A stretch of 24,085 bases of DNA from contig JANYHQ010000491.1 of assembly GCA_025358985.1 (NCBI GenBank), forward strand, positions 1-24,085. The letters run 5' to 3'. Shown here one piece after another: positions 23,510 through 24,085 of the stretch. This DNA is from Acidimicrobiales bacterium (GTDB taxonomy: Bacteria > Actinomycetota > Acidimicrobiia > Acidimicrobiales > JANYDT01). The translations under genes and the position numbers were made by a program. Position 1 is the stretch's first letter; every line of letters begins with the position of its first letter. Below the pieces are notes generated by a model, which worked only from the letters and a program-made list of their open reading frames with translations, was not told the origin of the DNA and made no database searches.

Positions 23510-23721
23510 GGTGGAACCCGTTCACGAAGTGGTGGCTCGCCTGGGGCGCAGCTTTCACCGTGATCGAACTGAGCGCCATACGCAAGCGCAGCAAGTACCC
23601 GGGCGGCACCCTGTCGTCGCTCGTCTGGCGGTTCTCTGACCGCAAGAACCCGATCCGCCGCCGGCTGTTTCTTGCCGGCTGGCTGACCCTATCCCTCCAC
23701 TTCCTCCTCCACTGGTTCTGA
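23506..23721 (+). CDS. Small two-helix membrane protein (71 aa)
   Basis: TTG start overlapping the upstream TGA. Two hydrophobic segments (WWLAWGAAFTVIEL; LFLAGWLTLSLHFLLHWF) flank a TLSSLVW motif. Confidence 0.65.
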   Translation: MRWNPFTKWWLAWGAAFTVIELSAIRKRSKYPGGTLSSLVWRFSDRKNPIRRRLFLAGWLTLSLHFLLHWF

Positions 23722-23738
23722 CCGTGAGAGTGGTCCTG

Positions 23739-23745
23739 GGGGTCT
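23739..23745 (+). promoter_or_regulatory. GGGGGTC late-unit motif upstream of scaffolding gene leader
   Basis: GTCCTG-GGGGGTC-TCTATAG. No start codon follows closely; a separate AGGAG RBS lies about 60 nt downstream. Confidence 0.55.
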
Positions 23746-23812
23746 CTATAGAACCTGCAAGTGTTTCCCCCGGCACAGGGCAGCGTAGTCGTTAGGGGCG
23801 TAGGAGAATCAC

Positions 23813-24085
23813 ATGGCCGAAGAGCTACCTGAGGGAGGCTCCGAGACCGGAGGCTCACTCCGAGCACGACACGAAAGTGTCCTCGAAGAGAAGCGTCAGT
23901 TGGAGGTGGAACTCCGTGGCTTCAAAGCTGCGGCCGTCATCGCCGACAAGGGTTTCAAGTATGTGACCCCTGACGATCTCAAAGAAGTGGACCTCGCCGA
24001 GTTGCCTGCCAAGGCAGCCGAGATCGAGAAAGCGAAGTTGGGGATGCGGGAAACCGTTCTCCGAGAGACGCTCGCCGATCAGGGC
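23813..24085 (+). CDS. Probable capsid scaffolding protein (3'-truncated; not in ORF track)
   Basis: AGGAG RBS, ATG 23813, frame open to the window end: MAEELPEGGSETGGSLRARHESVLEEKRQLEVELRGFKAAAVIADKG... Acidic N-terminus followed by a coiled coil, as in scaffolds. Confidence 0.6.
   Translation, partial: MAEELPEGGSETGGSLRARHESVLEEKRQLEVELRGFKAAAVIADKGFKYVTPDDLKEVDLAELPAKAAEIEKAKLGMRETVLRETLADQG

Overview
This window is a segment of a GC-rich tailed dsDNA phage genome, most likely a podovirus-like actinobacteriophage; host and morphotype are inferred, not proven. It has four parts. (i) 1-769: 3' part of a DUF1906/GH25-like endolysin, ending at a bidirectional terminator (811-843). (ii) 868-5130, minus strand: an early, host-takeover-like operon driven by a sigma70/SigA-type promoter near 5200. 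It encodes a very acidic first protein, an ArdC-like antirestriction protein, a two-domain beta-clamp homologue, a pentapeptide-repeat protein and several small Cys/His-rich, acidic or membrane proteins. (iii) About 5220-6290: a ~1 kb non-coding block dense in palindromes and hairpins, with a C-rich mirror repeat and AT-rich direct repeats. (iv) 6291-24085, plus strand: morphogenesis genes. In order these are an HTH-fused large terminase, portal, a 964-aa protein with a C-terminal zincin domain followed by a small Cys3-His protein, an initiator tRNA-Met, four large probable internal/ejection proteins (one with a lytic transglycosylase domain), a small membrane protein and the start of a probable scaffolding gene. 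The two strongest non-gene signals are a repeated, covarying double-hairpin leader in front of the early gene blocks and a GGGGGTC motif in front of seven late units including the tRNA. No integrase, IS element or CRISPR array is visible. All protein assignments come from motif recognition by eye; no searches were run.
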